Positions 47,840-57,682 of a stretch of DNA of 64,000 nt are shown here, in pieces. The stretch lies in NCBI GenBank assembly GCA_002633005.1, contig NMRA01000658.1, positions 62,001 to 126,000 on the forward strand, given 5' to 3'. The notes beneath the pieces were generated by a model that did not search any database, had not been told where the DNA came from, and worked only from the letters and a program-made list of their open reading frames with translations. Within the stretch, counting starts at the first letter, position 1; every line of letters begins with the position of its first letter. The stretch is from Phoronis australis (Eukaryota > Animalia > Phoronida). The position numbers were made by a program, and so were the translations under genes.

Positions 47840-50800
47840 TCAGTCCTCAAATCCATAACGGATGGGTGGTTTTCGAACACGGTGGCTTGGACTACGCAGC
47901 GAATTAGTCGGTGAAGTTGGGAGTATCGCCGGTACTGAATCATCGGGTGGTGGTGGCGGCATCATCATGACATCTCGCCTATTTCGCGTTATGCTACCTT
48001 TATCAGTCTCGAGAGTCACGGAGCGGTCCTTATCCTGCACCACAACTGCCGGACGTTTCATATCGCGAATCATTACCGACTGACCTTCATGGTATGTAGG
48101 AATCTCCCGTGCACGGTGCCGGGAATCAAATGCTTTTGCCATTTGAATTTTGTAGTCATGTTCCTTTATCCGCAGGGAGTCACGATCGAGTTCGACTGGT
48201 CTAGCATCAGGAACTGACGGCAAAGTCGTTCGAAGAGTTCGGTTCATAAGTAAACGAGCGGGTGACTCTCCATTCGCTATGGGAGTATTTCGATATGACA
48301 ATAAGGCCAGGTAAGGGTCGTCACATTTACGCAAGAGACCCTTTACAGTCTCCACGAATCTTTCTGCTTCCCCGTTCGCCTGCGGGTACTTTGGGGAACT
48401 CGTCAGAAGGATGAAATCATAGTCCTTTGCAAAGTTAGCGAACTCTGCGGAAGCATAGCAGGGCCCATTGTCCGACCGAACCACGAACGGAATTCCATGC
48501 CTTGCGAAAATTGACTTCATGTGGTTAATCACACAGCTGGATGTCGCCGCTTCTAGTTTGGCTATCTCAGGGTACCGCGAATAATAGTCTACCACCAATA
48601 GATACTGTGAGCCTTTGTATTCAAACAAATCTGTCCCTAGCGTTTGCCATGGTCCATCGGGCCATTCCGTCGTCTGGAGTGGCTCGCGTTTTACCGACTG
48701 ATGCTCACGGCAGCGACGACACGCCTTAACCATGTCCTCGATAGCCAATGACATGCCAGGCCACCATACACAGGCTTTGGCACGCTCGCGACATTTCGTG
48801 ATACCGAGATGACCGACATGGATACGTTGTAAGACATCTAATCTTTCACAGGAAGGAATCACGATGCAATGACCCTTCATAAGCAGTCCATCGACCAAAG
48901 TCAACTCGTGCTGAACATCCCAGTACGGCTTCAAGATACTTTCTTGAGACGACAAATATTTTGGCCAAGACGTTTTGCAAAACGATGCGACCTTTTGACA
49001 CACCTCATCCAATGCTTGTGCATGCTTAATTTCCTCTAGCCTCCTGCTTGTAGCAGGTAAGTTTTGTACCGCTACTTTCGCGAACAGTTCGGTGCTTAAT
49101 TCGAGCACTTCATCCCGGTCCTCGGAGCTGGGGTTTCTCGACAGCATGTCCGCGATTAAGTTGTCTTTGCCGGGAAGATGCAATACTTCAAAATCAAAAC
49201 GCATTAGCCTTAAGCGTAGTCTTTGTAACCGGGGAGTCAGATTGTTGACATCTTTAGTTGAGAGGATGGGAATCAAGGGTTTATGATCAGTCTCGAGAAT
49301 CACTTTCAACCCCACAATATAGTTCCGGTAACGATCACATGCCCATGTCAGAGCAAGGCATTCACGCTCAATACATGTATAATTCGACTCAGTCTGCGAA
49401 AGCGATCTCGATGCCGCTGCAACTAAGCGACGCGTACCGTCCGGCTGTACCTGCGAGAGAGTTGCTCCCAGGCCATGAAGGCTAGCGTCCGCAGTAACGA
49501 TAGTTTTGAGTGAAACATCGAACTGGGCAAGTACGTGGGGTTTGCTCAATTCTTGTTTGACCGATGCAAATGCCTCCGTTTGGGCACAGTCCCAACGCCA
49601 CACAGAATCTTTGCGCAGCAAAGCGCGCAACGGGGCAGCAAGTTCAGCAAACTTAGGGGAAAACTTTCCGTACTGATTAATGGCCCCCAGGAAACTTTGA
49701 AGTTCCTTGACGTTCTTGGGTTCGGGTATTTTAACTATACTGTCAATAGCTTTAGGGTCTGGCCGAATACCCTCAGAGTCAATAATATTCCCCAGAAACT
49801 TGACTTCCGTTTGGCGGTAAACGCATTTCTCTGGATTCAGTGTAAGTCCAGAATGTTCGATTCGTTTTAGCACTGCAGACAAGCGTATATCGTGTTCTTC
49901 CATTGACGCGCCATAAACAAGAATGTCGTCCATATGAACCACTACGCCTGACAACCCCTCCAACACGGAGGACATTTCGCGGGAAAAAACCTCCGGTGCG
50001 CTAGCCAGACCGAAAGGCAAACGGCAATAGCAATATCTACCGAATGGCGAGAGAAAGGTTGTGAGTTTTTGCGACTCCGGTGCGAGTTCAATTTGCCAAA
50101 ACCCGCTATTTGCATCCAGTTTCGAGAACACGCGGCCTTTACTAAGCTGGGCTAAACTGTCCTCGACATTCGCCATCGGAAATACCTCCCTTTTGACCGC
50201 TGCGTTTAGTTTCGTCATGTCAGAACAAATTCTAACCTTTCCGTCCTCTTTTGGGACCACAACCATAGGTGACACCCAGTCGGTGGGTTCCTCTATGGGC
50301 CGTATTACGCCTATCGATTCCATACGTCGAAGTTCAGCTTCGACGACCGGACGAAGCGGAATCGGTACCGGACGAGCCGTGAAAATAGCGTGGGGCTCGT
50401 GCTTATCGTCTAATTTAATGCTGTACTGACGTCCTTTTAACCGACCTAGAGAGCCGTCGGCAATATTCCGGGGACCGTCATCAACAGAATCGACTACCTT
50501 GATCAACCCCAGTCCTATTGATAGCCTCCGAGACAACAAACCGGTGGCCTGTCCGGTAACAACGTACACGGTTTCACGCAAAGTTTTATCCTTGTATTGA
50601 ACTGTGGCGTCAAAGCAACCCGGAACATCCAATTCGATATTTCCAGTCGCAAACAACCGTTTCTGAGACTGATTGAGTTTTGGCCACGGGCCACCCGCAC
50701 ACGGCAATACCGTTACGCCCGCACCAGTGTCTAGTTTAAATTCAAACGTTTTGTCAAAACCTCCCTGGGTGAATACGCGAAGGGGTTTTACAATGTCGTT

Positions 50801-51619
50801 TTCACCTGGCGTTATTTCACCTAAGAACTCTCGAGGCATTTCCTCGTGTTTCCCATTACCCAGTCCGGTAGAGACTTCTTTCACCCCTTCTTGTTGGAGG
50901 TGAGTTTTACATGCAACAGCCCAGTGGCCCCGCCGCTTACATTTCCGACATTCCGACGATCGCGCAGGACATCTCTCACCAGTCCCGTGTGCCGTTTTAC
51001 CGCACCGAGAGCACTTTGAGATTTCGTTTACCGCACCTACCGATGTCGAATCCCCCACTGTGGCTGTAATTTCGCGAAACTGCATACCCGAGGCTTCTGC
51101 CGCGTGACACGAGTCTAACGCCGCTTCGAGAGAAAGACCGTCCGCCTGCCCGCCCTGGCGCAGCAGTTTAGCGCGCAACCCATCATCACGGACACCGAGA
51201 ACGAGCTGATCTTTTATCAAAGATTTTTCAAGTTCCCCGAACTCACACGTTTGCGCCAGTGTGCGCAAGTGTGTCACAAAATTTTTGATGGTTTCTCCCT
51301 CCATTTGTTTTCTGCTGTGGAATTTGTAACGTTCATATGTAACATTTTTTCTTGGTGAACAAAATTCTTCAAACTTGGTCAGGACAATATCCAAGTTTTT
51401 GGAGGCCTCTTCATTTTCAAAACTGATAGTGTTATACAACGCCAATGCGTCGTCTCCAACGCAATGTAAGAATAGCGCCACCTTCCGTTCGTCGGAGAAA
51501 TCAGTGGCCCCACTCGCCACGAGATACACTTCAAACTTTTGCCGAAATCTCCTCCAGTTTTCAGAGACATTGCCTGAATTGAGGTCTAGATCTTCGCTAG
51601 GAGGCTTCATGAGTTCCAT
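47840..51619 (-). CDS. Gag-Pol polyprotein (gag, 2x CCHC, protease, RT, RNase H, integrase)
   Basis: 1259 aa. CSRCGKTAH..C and CRKCKRRGHWAVAC knuckles, protease FKLDTGA, RT HMDD, RNase H TADAS...ETDHKPL, integrase H-H-C-C plus GTDLF..RSDNG..NGEAE. Confidence 0.98.
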   Translation of the reverse strand: MELMKPPSEDLDLNSGNVSENWRRFRQKFEVYLVASGATDFSDERKVALFLHCVGDDALALYNTISFENEEASKNLDIVLTKFEEFCSPRKNVTYERYKFHSRKQMEGETIKNFVTHLRTLAQTCEFGELEKSLIKDQLVLGVRDDGLRAKLLRQGGQADGLSLEAALDSCHAAEASGMQFREITATVGDSTSVGAVNEISKCSRCGKTAHGTGERCPARSSECRKCKRRGHWAVACKTHLQQEGVKEVSTGLGNGKHEEMPREFLGEITPGENDIVKPLRVFTQGGFDKTFEFKLDTGAGVTVLPCAGGPWPKLNQSQKRLFATGNIELDVPGCFDATVQYKDKTLRETVYVVTGQATGLLSRRLSIGLGLIKVVDSVDDGPRNIADGSLGRLKGRQYSIKLDDKHEPHAIFTARPVPIPLRPVVEAELRRMESIGVIRPIEEPTDWVSPMVVVPKEDGKVRICSDMTKLNAAVKREVFPMANVEDSLAQLSKGRVFSKLDANSGFWQIELAPESQKLTTFLSPFGRYCYCRLPFGLASAPEVFSREMSSVLEGLSGVVVHMDDILVYGASMEEHDIRLSAVLKRIEHSGLTLNPEKCVYRQTEVKFLGNIIDSEGIRPDPKAIDSIVKIPEPKNVKELQSFLGAINQYGKFSPKFAELAAPLRALLRKDSVWRWDCAQTEAFASVKQELSKPHVLAQFDVSLKTIVTADASLHGLGATLSQVQPDGTRRLVAAASRSLSQTESNYTCIERECLALTWACDRYRNYIVGLKVILETDHKPLIPILSTKDVNNLTPRLQRLRLRLMRFDFEVLHLPGKDNLIADMLSRNPSSEDRDEVLELSTELFAKVAVQNLPATSRRLEEIKHAQALDEVCQKVASFCKTSWPKYLSSQESILKPYWDVQHELTLVDGLLMKGHCIVIPSCERLDVLQRIHVGHLGITKCRERAKACVWWPGMSLAIEDMVKACRRCREHQSVKREPLQTTEWPDGPWQTLGTDLFEYKGSQYLLVVDYYSRYPEIAKLEAATSSCVINHMKSIFARHGIPFVVRSDNGPCYASAEFANFAKDYDFILLTSSPKYPQANGEAERFVETVKGLLRKCDDPYLALLSYRNTPIANGESPARLLMNRTLRTTLPSVPDARPVELDRDSLRIKEHDYKIQMAKAFDSRHRAREIPTYHEGQSVMIRDMKRPAVVVQDKDRSVTLETDKGSITRNRRDVMMMPPPPPDDSVPAILPTSPTNSLRSPSHRVRKPPIRYGFED

Positions 51620-51641
51620 CGTAGTTATAAAGCTGCCACCA

Positions 51642-51754
51642 TGTAGAATAATAAGAATAAACTAGGTTTATTGGGAACACTGAAACTACGTCGATCTGCA
51701 ATCGTAAGATGGTCGTCCGTGTGTGTCCGTAATAACAAAGTCACTTATACTACA
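51642..51754 (-). repeat. 5' LTR of Gypsy element D
   Basis: Identical to 47682-47794. Confidence 0.97.
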
Positions 51755-52146
51755 GTAATGTGCTTTGTGCAGGCGATGGGGGTGAGTGGAGTGTGATTTG
51801 TAGAAGCAACTTATAAGTCATCTTTTGACAGATCTGATGAATGCACGGCTGAAAAATTAGCACATCTGTCAATAGTCAGATTATCAACAGCAGCATTGGC
51901 TAAGAGAGGACATCAGAAATCTCCAGTCAGTGCATGATTGAGCATGATAAAAATATTGCGGCACTTGCCCTATTTTGTCATTTTGCATTACTAAGCATTA
52001 TTGGGTTTGTCATTCACCAATGCCACTGATTAGCCAACATGAATTGTACATCAGTCTCAACATATCAAATAGATATACAACGCACCAAAGAAAATATGCT
52101 TGACAATGGGCAAACAAATTTTATCCATAGGTCAGACATAACATAC

Positions 52147-52246
52147 CGTTTTAGCAACACCTCGTCTGTGCTGTGGCGTGGCATGCATCTGTTTCAATAC
52201 ATGGGACTGTGGAGATAACTCATGAGGTACACAGCTTGCTTTCATC
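52147..52246 (-). CDS. BORA: Protein aurora borealis, coding exon 6
   Basis: ttttttccAG acceptor, GTATGT donor, 100 nt, phase 2/0 linking exons 5 and 7. Encodes QMKASCVPHELSPQ...ATPQHRRGVAKT. Confidence 0.7.
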
Positions 52247-52407
52247 CTGGAAAAAACACTATGTCTCAAAAGTGTCCATGAACACTGTTTTCTCAACCAG
52301 AAGAAAGAGAGGTCTTCACAGTCATTCTTTTCTAAACACTTACTTTAACCATTTTGAGTGTTCACATTGTGCTACATAGCGTAATGATATGCATAGCAAG
52401 TCTGTTG

Positions 52408-53605
52408 AGAATGTTGCATAAAATATGGCATTGGTACCTTCTAGAATGTTGCATAGACCTAAAATATGGCATTGGTTCCTTCTAGAATGTTGCATAAAAT
52501 ATGGCATTGGTTCCTTCTAGAATGTTGCATAAAATATGGCATTGGTTCTTTCTAGAATGTTGCATAAAACATGGCATTGGTTCCTTCTAGAATGTTGCAT
52601 GGACCTAAAATATGGCATTGGATCCTTCTAGAATGTTGCATAGACCTAAAATATGGCATTGGTTCCTTCTAGAATGTTGCATGGACCTAAAATATGGCAT
52701 TGGTTCCTTCTAGAATGTTGCATAGACCTAAAATATAGCATTGGTTCCTTCTAGAATGCTGCATAGACCTAAAATATGGCATTGGTTCCTTCTAGAATGT
52801 TGCATAGACCTAAGATATGGCATTGGTTCCTTCTAGGTAGTTGCATATTTCAAGTGTATCTCTGAGAATGTTGTATAGACCTAAAATATGGCATTGGTTC
52901 CTTCTAGGTAGTTGCACATTTCAAGTGTATCTCTGAGAATGTTGCATAGACCTAAAATATGGCATTGGTTCCTTCTAGAATGTTGCATAGACCTAAAACA
53001 AGGCATTGGTTCCTTCTAGAATGTTGCATGGACCTGAGATATGGCATTGGTTCCTTCTAGGTAGTTGCATATTTCAAGTGTATCTCTGAGAATGTTGCAT
53101 AGACCTAAAATATGGCATTGGTGTCTTCTAGGTAGTTGTACATTTCAAGTATATCTCTGAGAATGTTGCACAGACCTAAAATATGGCATTGGTTCCTTCT
53201 AGAATGTTGCATGGACCTGAGATATGGCATTGGTTCCTTCTAGAATGTTGCATAGACCTAAAATATGGCATTGGTTCCTTCTAGAATGTTGCATGGACCT
53301 GAGATATGGCATTGGTTCCTTCTAGGTAGTTGCATATTTCAAGTGTATCTCTGAGAATGTTGCATAGACCTAAAATATGGCATTGGTGCCTTCTAGGTAG
53401 TTGTACATTTCAAGTATATCTCTGAGAATGTTGCATAGACCTAAAATATGGCATTGGTTCCTTCTAGAATGTTGCATGGACCTGAAATATGGCATTGGTT
53501 CCTTCTAGGTAGTTGCATATTTCAAGTGTATCTCTGAGAATGTTGCATAGACCTAAAATATGGCATTGGTTCCTTCTAGGTAGTTGCACATTTCAAGTGT
53601 ATCTC
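52408..53605. repeat. Minisatellite array of a 41-bp unit with short and long variants
   Basis: CTTCTAGAATGTTGCATAGACCTAAAATATGGCATTGGTTC repeated. One variant lacks GACCTA; another inserts GTAGTTGCATATTTCAAGTGTATCTCTGAG. Confidence 0.95.
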
Positions 53606-54994
53606 CCATATATTTATTTTAAAAACACAGTGACAGTATAAATATGTAATATATAGGATGTCACTGCATTCTGTTTCATTTACAATGAATGCAACTTCAT
53701 TTCAGGTTTGAACAACAACCAGACGACAGTTCATTAACCCATTGATATGAAGCACATGTGAAGAGGATATTGTGTATTGTATGCATGATTTATTGTTCAC
53801 ACGCGATTCTGTCAATGATTCCAGCATATAACACAGTGCTTCTTGTGTACGATTTAAGCACATGTTTATGATCATCTCACATCTATGGCTTCATAACATC
53901 TAATGTATGAAGTCTACTAAGCAGAATCAGATGTTCATAGGCACATATTTTGATATTACAGACTTCGTTAAAAATGATTTGACATTGATTGTTGGATAAC
54001 TTCTTTCTGCAATTCTCGTATTGTCTAAAAATACTTGTTGAGTGCTGATTGCATCTGTGCAGTGGCTCCCGCTAGTTACATCGTTAAAAGAACAAATGAT
54101 AAAATATTCACTATATTTACGTGTAATTGTATTACTCATAATAAATGACCTTATATCGCCTACCTCAGTCTCCTTTTCATCTCTGGTAACGAGCTTGTGA
54201 CGCATGTATCATTTATCTATTATTCGGGACATGTGTTGATCATAAATGGTATATCATTCGTTAAATATATTTATGTGAGCATATGTATCTGTCTTACTCC
54301 TTTCCCCCCTCATTTCGGTCTATTCCATTATTCCTTTGTGTAGGACTACACGTCGTTTTCCCAGCCTTCGTATTGGTCTGTTGTTATCACGTCCCTTGAG
54401 TTTGGTCAGCTCTTGGCTCTCATAGGCTGATGATTGTCACGTGTCTTTAGGCGTTTTCTTTGTTATTGTAACCTTGCTTTCAGTTCACCTTCGTTCCAGC
54501 CACATTGTCGTAAGTTCCAAAACTTATTAATTTTTCCTACCCTCTACCACCCCGTTTTCATCATTCTCTCGTACTTCCACGTGGCTGGAGGTTTTTTATT
54601 GCACATCTTACCAGAGATTATGTTTTTTTATTTTATTTATCTGTATTCACTATATTTACTTGTAATTGTGTTAGTCATAATAAATGACCTTATCGCCTAC
54701 CTCGGTCTCCTTTTCATCTCTGGAATCCACCTTGCGATGCACGTATCATTTATCTATTATTCGGGACATATGTCGATCAGAAAAACTTGTTTTAAAAATT
54801 ATATTAGATTGCAGTACTTCAAATGTATGCTACATTCATCGAAGGCAAGAAATAGAATAAGACCTCAGTAAATAGAGAGACATCATAGTTATCTAACAAT
54901 CAATATCAAATCGTTTTTAATAAACTTCACGCAGAGAGGCACTACTGCCGAAGTATACTAAATTTTGACATAAGTGTTTAATTTTTCAGCTTAC

Positions 54995-55163
54995 TGAACA
55001 GGGCTGGCAGGAGCAGATACACAATCTGCGTGGCTGAAGAGCTTCCTCCTCAGGGAAGAGGTGCTCAGTGAGTCCGCGGTGCCCTCTTCAGTTACGTAGA
55101 AATCACTTAGAATCTTCTGAAGGTCAAAGCTCACAGGGAAGGAGAGTGCTGTTTGAGAAGCGA
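54995..55163 (-). CDS. BORA: Protein aurora borealis, coding exon 5
   Basis: tttcAG acceptor, GTAAGC donor. VASQTALSFPVSFDLQKILSDFY...SLSTSSLRRKLF matches the conserved Bora motifs (QTxLSLPxxFxL; SSLRRKLF). Confidence 0.92.
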
Positions 55164-56563
55164 CTGAAACAAAATGAAAACTTGCAGAATATGGTCACTG
55201 CCATATTTAATTTTCCTAGGGAAAGAAAACCTTATTTGCCAACAAATTTCGTTAAAGCAGATACAAACCAAAGTTCTACCAAAAACAAACTGTTGGTGAC
55301 ATTTTTTTTGATGCTGTAGATAATTAGTCTTATTAAAAGCAAAGTTATGCAATTTTAGTGACTAGTGTATAATTAATCAAACATATTGGTTGTTTACCAA
55401 AATTTGTAACCTCCTAGGAGTTCATGGGAAGTGATTCACCGCATGTCTGTTACCAGTTGTGGGATGTTTATAATAACAATTGTGCCTTGTTTTGCAAGTT
55501 GTGTAACTTAAAGTCTTTGAAAACCTGTCAACTTTGGGATGAGGCATTTCCGACAACAACAATAATCTGTTATTTGTCTATCGGAATTACTCAACTCTTG
55601 ATTGTCCTGCGCCATAATTGGTAATGACTTGGGTTCATTGCTGGAGTCCAGCAGATTGATTCACAGAATTGTTTTGGAACTAGATGTAGCACTTTGGAGG
55701 AAGTTTGTGGGTTTTCATGTTTTGAATTATCTCGCCCACCTTTCTTGTGTTCAGTATAAATACTCTGTTAGCTACTCTAGAATTCATATTGCTTGGAGAG
55801 AGGCTGCTGCTTGCTTCAAAAATATCACAGATACCCAGCGTTGGTAAGAGACAACTTTGTTTCTTGATGTTTTACTATTAACTTTGACTTTAGAAACAAC
55901 TATTTTCAGTTCTTTGATTATTTGATTAACTCATAGAAAGTGTTGTAATAGAAATTGTTCTAAATACAAGTTTATTCTAAGTATTGTTTGCCAAATTGTG
56001 AGTTGAGATAATATTATTAGATATGCATTTTCTGTATTTTAGTATGATATATTTGGTACTTCAATTTGTATTAGATATTGTATTATCTTTATTAATTGTT
56101 TCAGGTTTAACCGTATCGTAACGTAAGATAGTAGATCGTATCGTATCGTATCATATCATAAATAAAGTTTTATGAGCCAATGTTACGGTATTATTATTAT
56201 ACGCGTGTAAACCGCTGGGTCAACAACAACAACAAGAGAGACATCTAATGTGCGTGCGACTGTACGCTACACAAACTTTTCAAACGAAATCAACCTTTGA
56301 TTTAGACCATTTAGTTTGACCTGATCAAAACCGATTTCTGGCAGTTCGTTACTTCATGAACCAACATATTGGATCGGATCCCTTCCTTTTTGGTGGAAGA
56401 AATCTAACTCATGCTATCACTGCCAGGAAAATTTTGAAACCCGAGTTAATCGCTTTTTTACGATTTTCATATTTATGCTGAAAGCAGGATAAGGAAATGC
56501 AGATTAAATTACTGATTGTGAAAAGTCCTTACAAGCTCACAACATCAAATTCAGTACACTCAC

Positions 56564-56638
56564 CCTCTTTGCTGCCCTGGGTGGACAAACTTGAATTTCG
56601 AGCGCTCATCGCATTCGTCGAGTTGTCATGCACAGATT
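56564..56638 (-). CDS. BORA: Protein aurora borealis, coding exon 4
   Basis: atttcAG acceptor, strong GTGAGT donor, 75 nt, phase 1/1, in frame between exons 3 and 5. Confidence 0.65.
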
Positions 56639-56677
56639 CTGAAATATTTGATTTTATCTTTACTCATTGTTGCTGCA

Positions 56678-57097
56678 ACTGCCAATAGCCTGCATACTTG
56701 GGGTCTATTTACTGCCAATAGCCTACATACTTGGGGTCTGTTCACAGCCAATAGCCTGCATACTTGGGGTCTATTTACTGCCAATAGCCTGCATACTTGG
56801 ACTCTATTTACTGCCAATAGCCTGCATACTTCGGCTCTATTTACTGCCAATAGCCTGTATACTTAGGCTCTATTTACTGCCAATAGCCTGCAGACTTGGG
56901 GTCTATTCACTGCCAATAGCCTGCATACTTGGACTCTATTCACTGCCAATAGCCTGCATACTTGGGGTCTATTTACTGCCAATAGCCTGCATACTTGGGC
57001 TATATTTACTGCCAATAGCCCGCATACTTGGGCTCTATTTACTGCCAATAGCCTGCATACTTTGGCTCTATTTACTGCCAATAGCCTGCATTCTTTG
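56678..57097. repeat. 33-bp minisatellite (about 13 units), intronic
   Basis: ACTGCCAATAGCCTGCATACTTGGGGTCTATTT repeated. Produces spurious 11-aa-repeat ORFs in several frames. Confidence 0.95.
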
Positions 57098-57539
57098 GCT
57101 CTCTTTACCTTATATGCACAGATGTAAGCACATGTATTTGTGCTCAACTGTTTCACTTATATGCATGGTCCTATGCCTTGAACATTTATAAGCAGTCACC
57201 AATCACTTCAATATGTGTAAGTCTTCATTCTTAGTATTTTAGTTTGAAGGCACGTTTGTTTGACAGCTACCTTTTTGTAATGAATAGTCATTTTGACTCG
57301 CACGTTATTTTTAAAATCAATGCTCTGTATTGCTCTTGCTTTAAAAAGCAAGAGCAACATAGAGCATTGATATGCAACCACTGTGTGAATCGCACACAGC
57401 ACAGATGCAAGGGATGGTTAGTACGTTAAACATTCCTACTAACGGAAGAAATGCTAGTAAACTTAAAATAGCTTGCATGGGATGAAAAGCAAGCCAACAA
57501 TATTCTCTCCAAATCCTTGTAACACTACAGCTTCTATAC

Positions 57540-57682
57540 CCATAATGACTGAGCAGCTGGTGCTGACAACTCCACTTGGCTTTGAACTCTGTGACCATGG
57601 CGACGGAGAAGGAGCAATGAGCTGTGATGAGAAGAAGTTGTCTATGGTCTTCTGTGCATGACTGTCTAGCTCAGCATCATGG
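57540..57682 (-). CDS. BORA: Protein aurora borealis, coding exon 3
   Basis: tttttcAG acceptor. HDAELDSHAQKTIDNFFSSQLIAPSPSPW matches Bora QKAIEEFF...IVPSPW. The donor GTATAG is weak. Confidence 0.88.

Larger units (their letters stand above)
47682..51754 (-). mobile_element. Intact, recently inserted Ty3/Gypsy (Mag-like) LTR retrotransposon D inside a Bora intron
   Basis: Identical 113-bp LTRs (47682-47794, 51642-51754). 5-bp TSD GTAAT. PBS TGGTGGCAGC directly after the 5' LTR (tRNA-Leu-like). PPT TTGAGGGGGAGA. Single uninterrupted gag-pol ORF. Confidence 0.98.

Noticed and set aside
47862-51665. Multiple short + strand ORFs within Gypsy D
   Set aside because: Antisense shadows of gag-pol with no recognisable motifs. 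No env-like ORF seen.
51755-51849. Possible extra Bora exon disrupted by the Gypsy D insertion (acceptor-like tttttcAG near 51849)
   Set aside because: No good donor. Reading across the reconstructed empty site reaches a stop, and exons 6 and 7 already join in frame.
52408-53605. CRISPR-like array
   Set aside because: Units are contiguous tandem repeats with no unique spacers, there are no cas genes, and the context is a eukaryotic intron.
55360-56170. Possible 3' end of a LINE (L1/Tx1-like)
   Set aside because: Only vague Cys/Trp pattern, and no RT motif could be recovered by eye.
56591-57191. Repeat-protein ORFs (LLPIACILG / TANSLHTWG / AVNRPQVCR)
   Set aside because: By-products of a 33-bp minisatellite that is open in several frames within a Bora intron.
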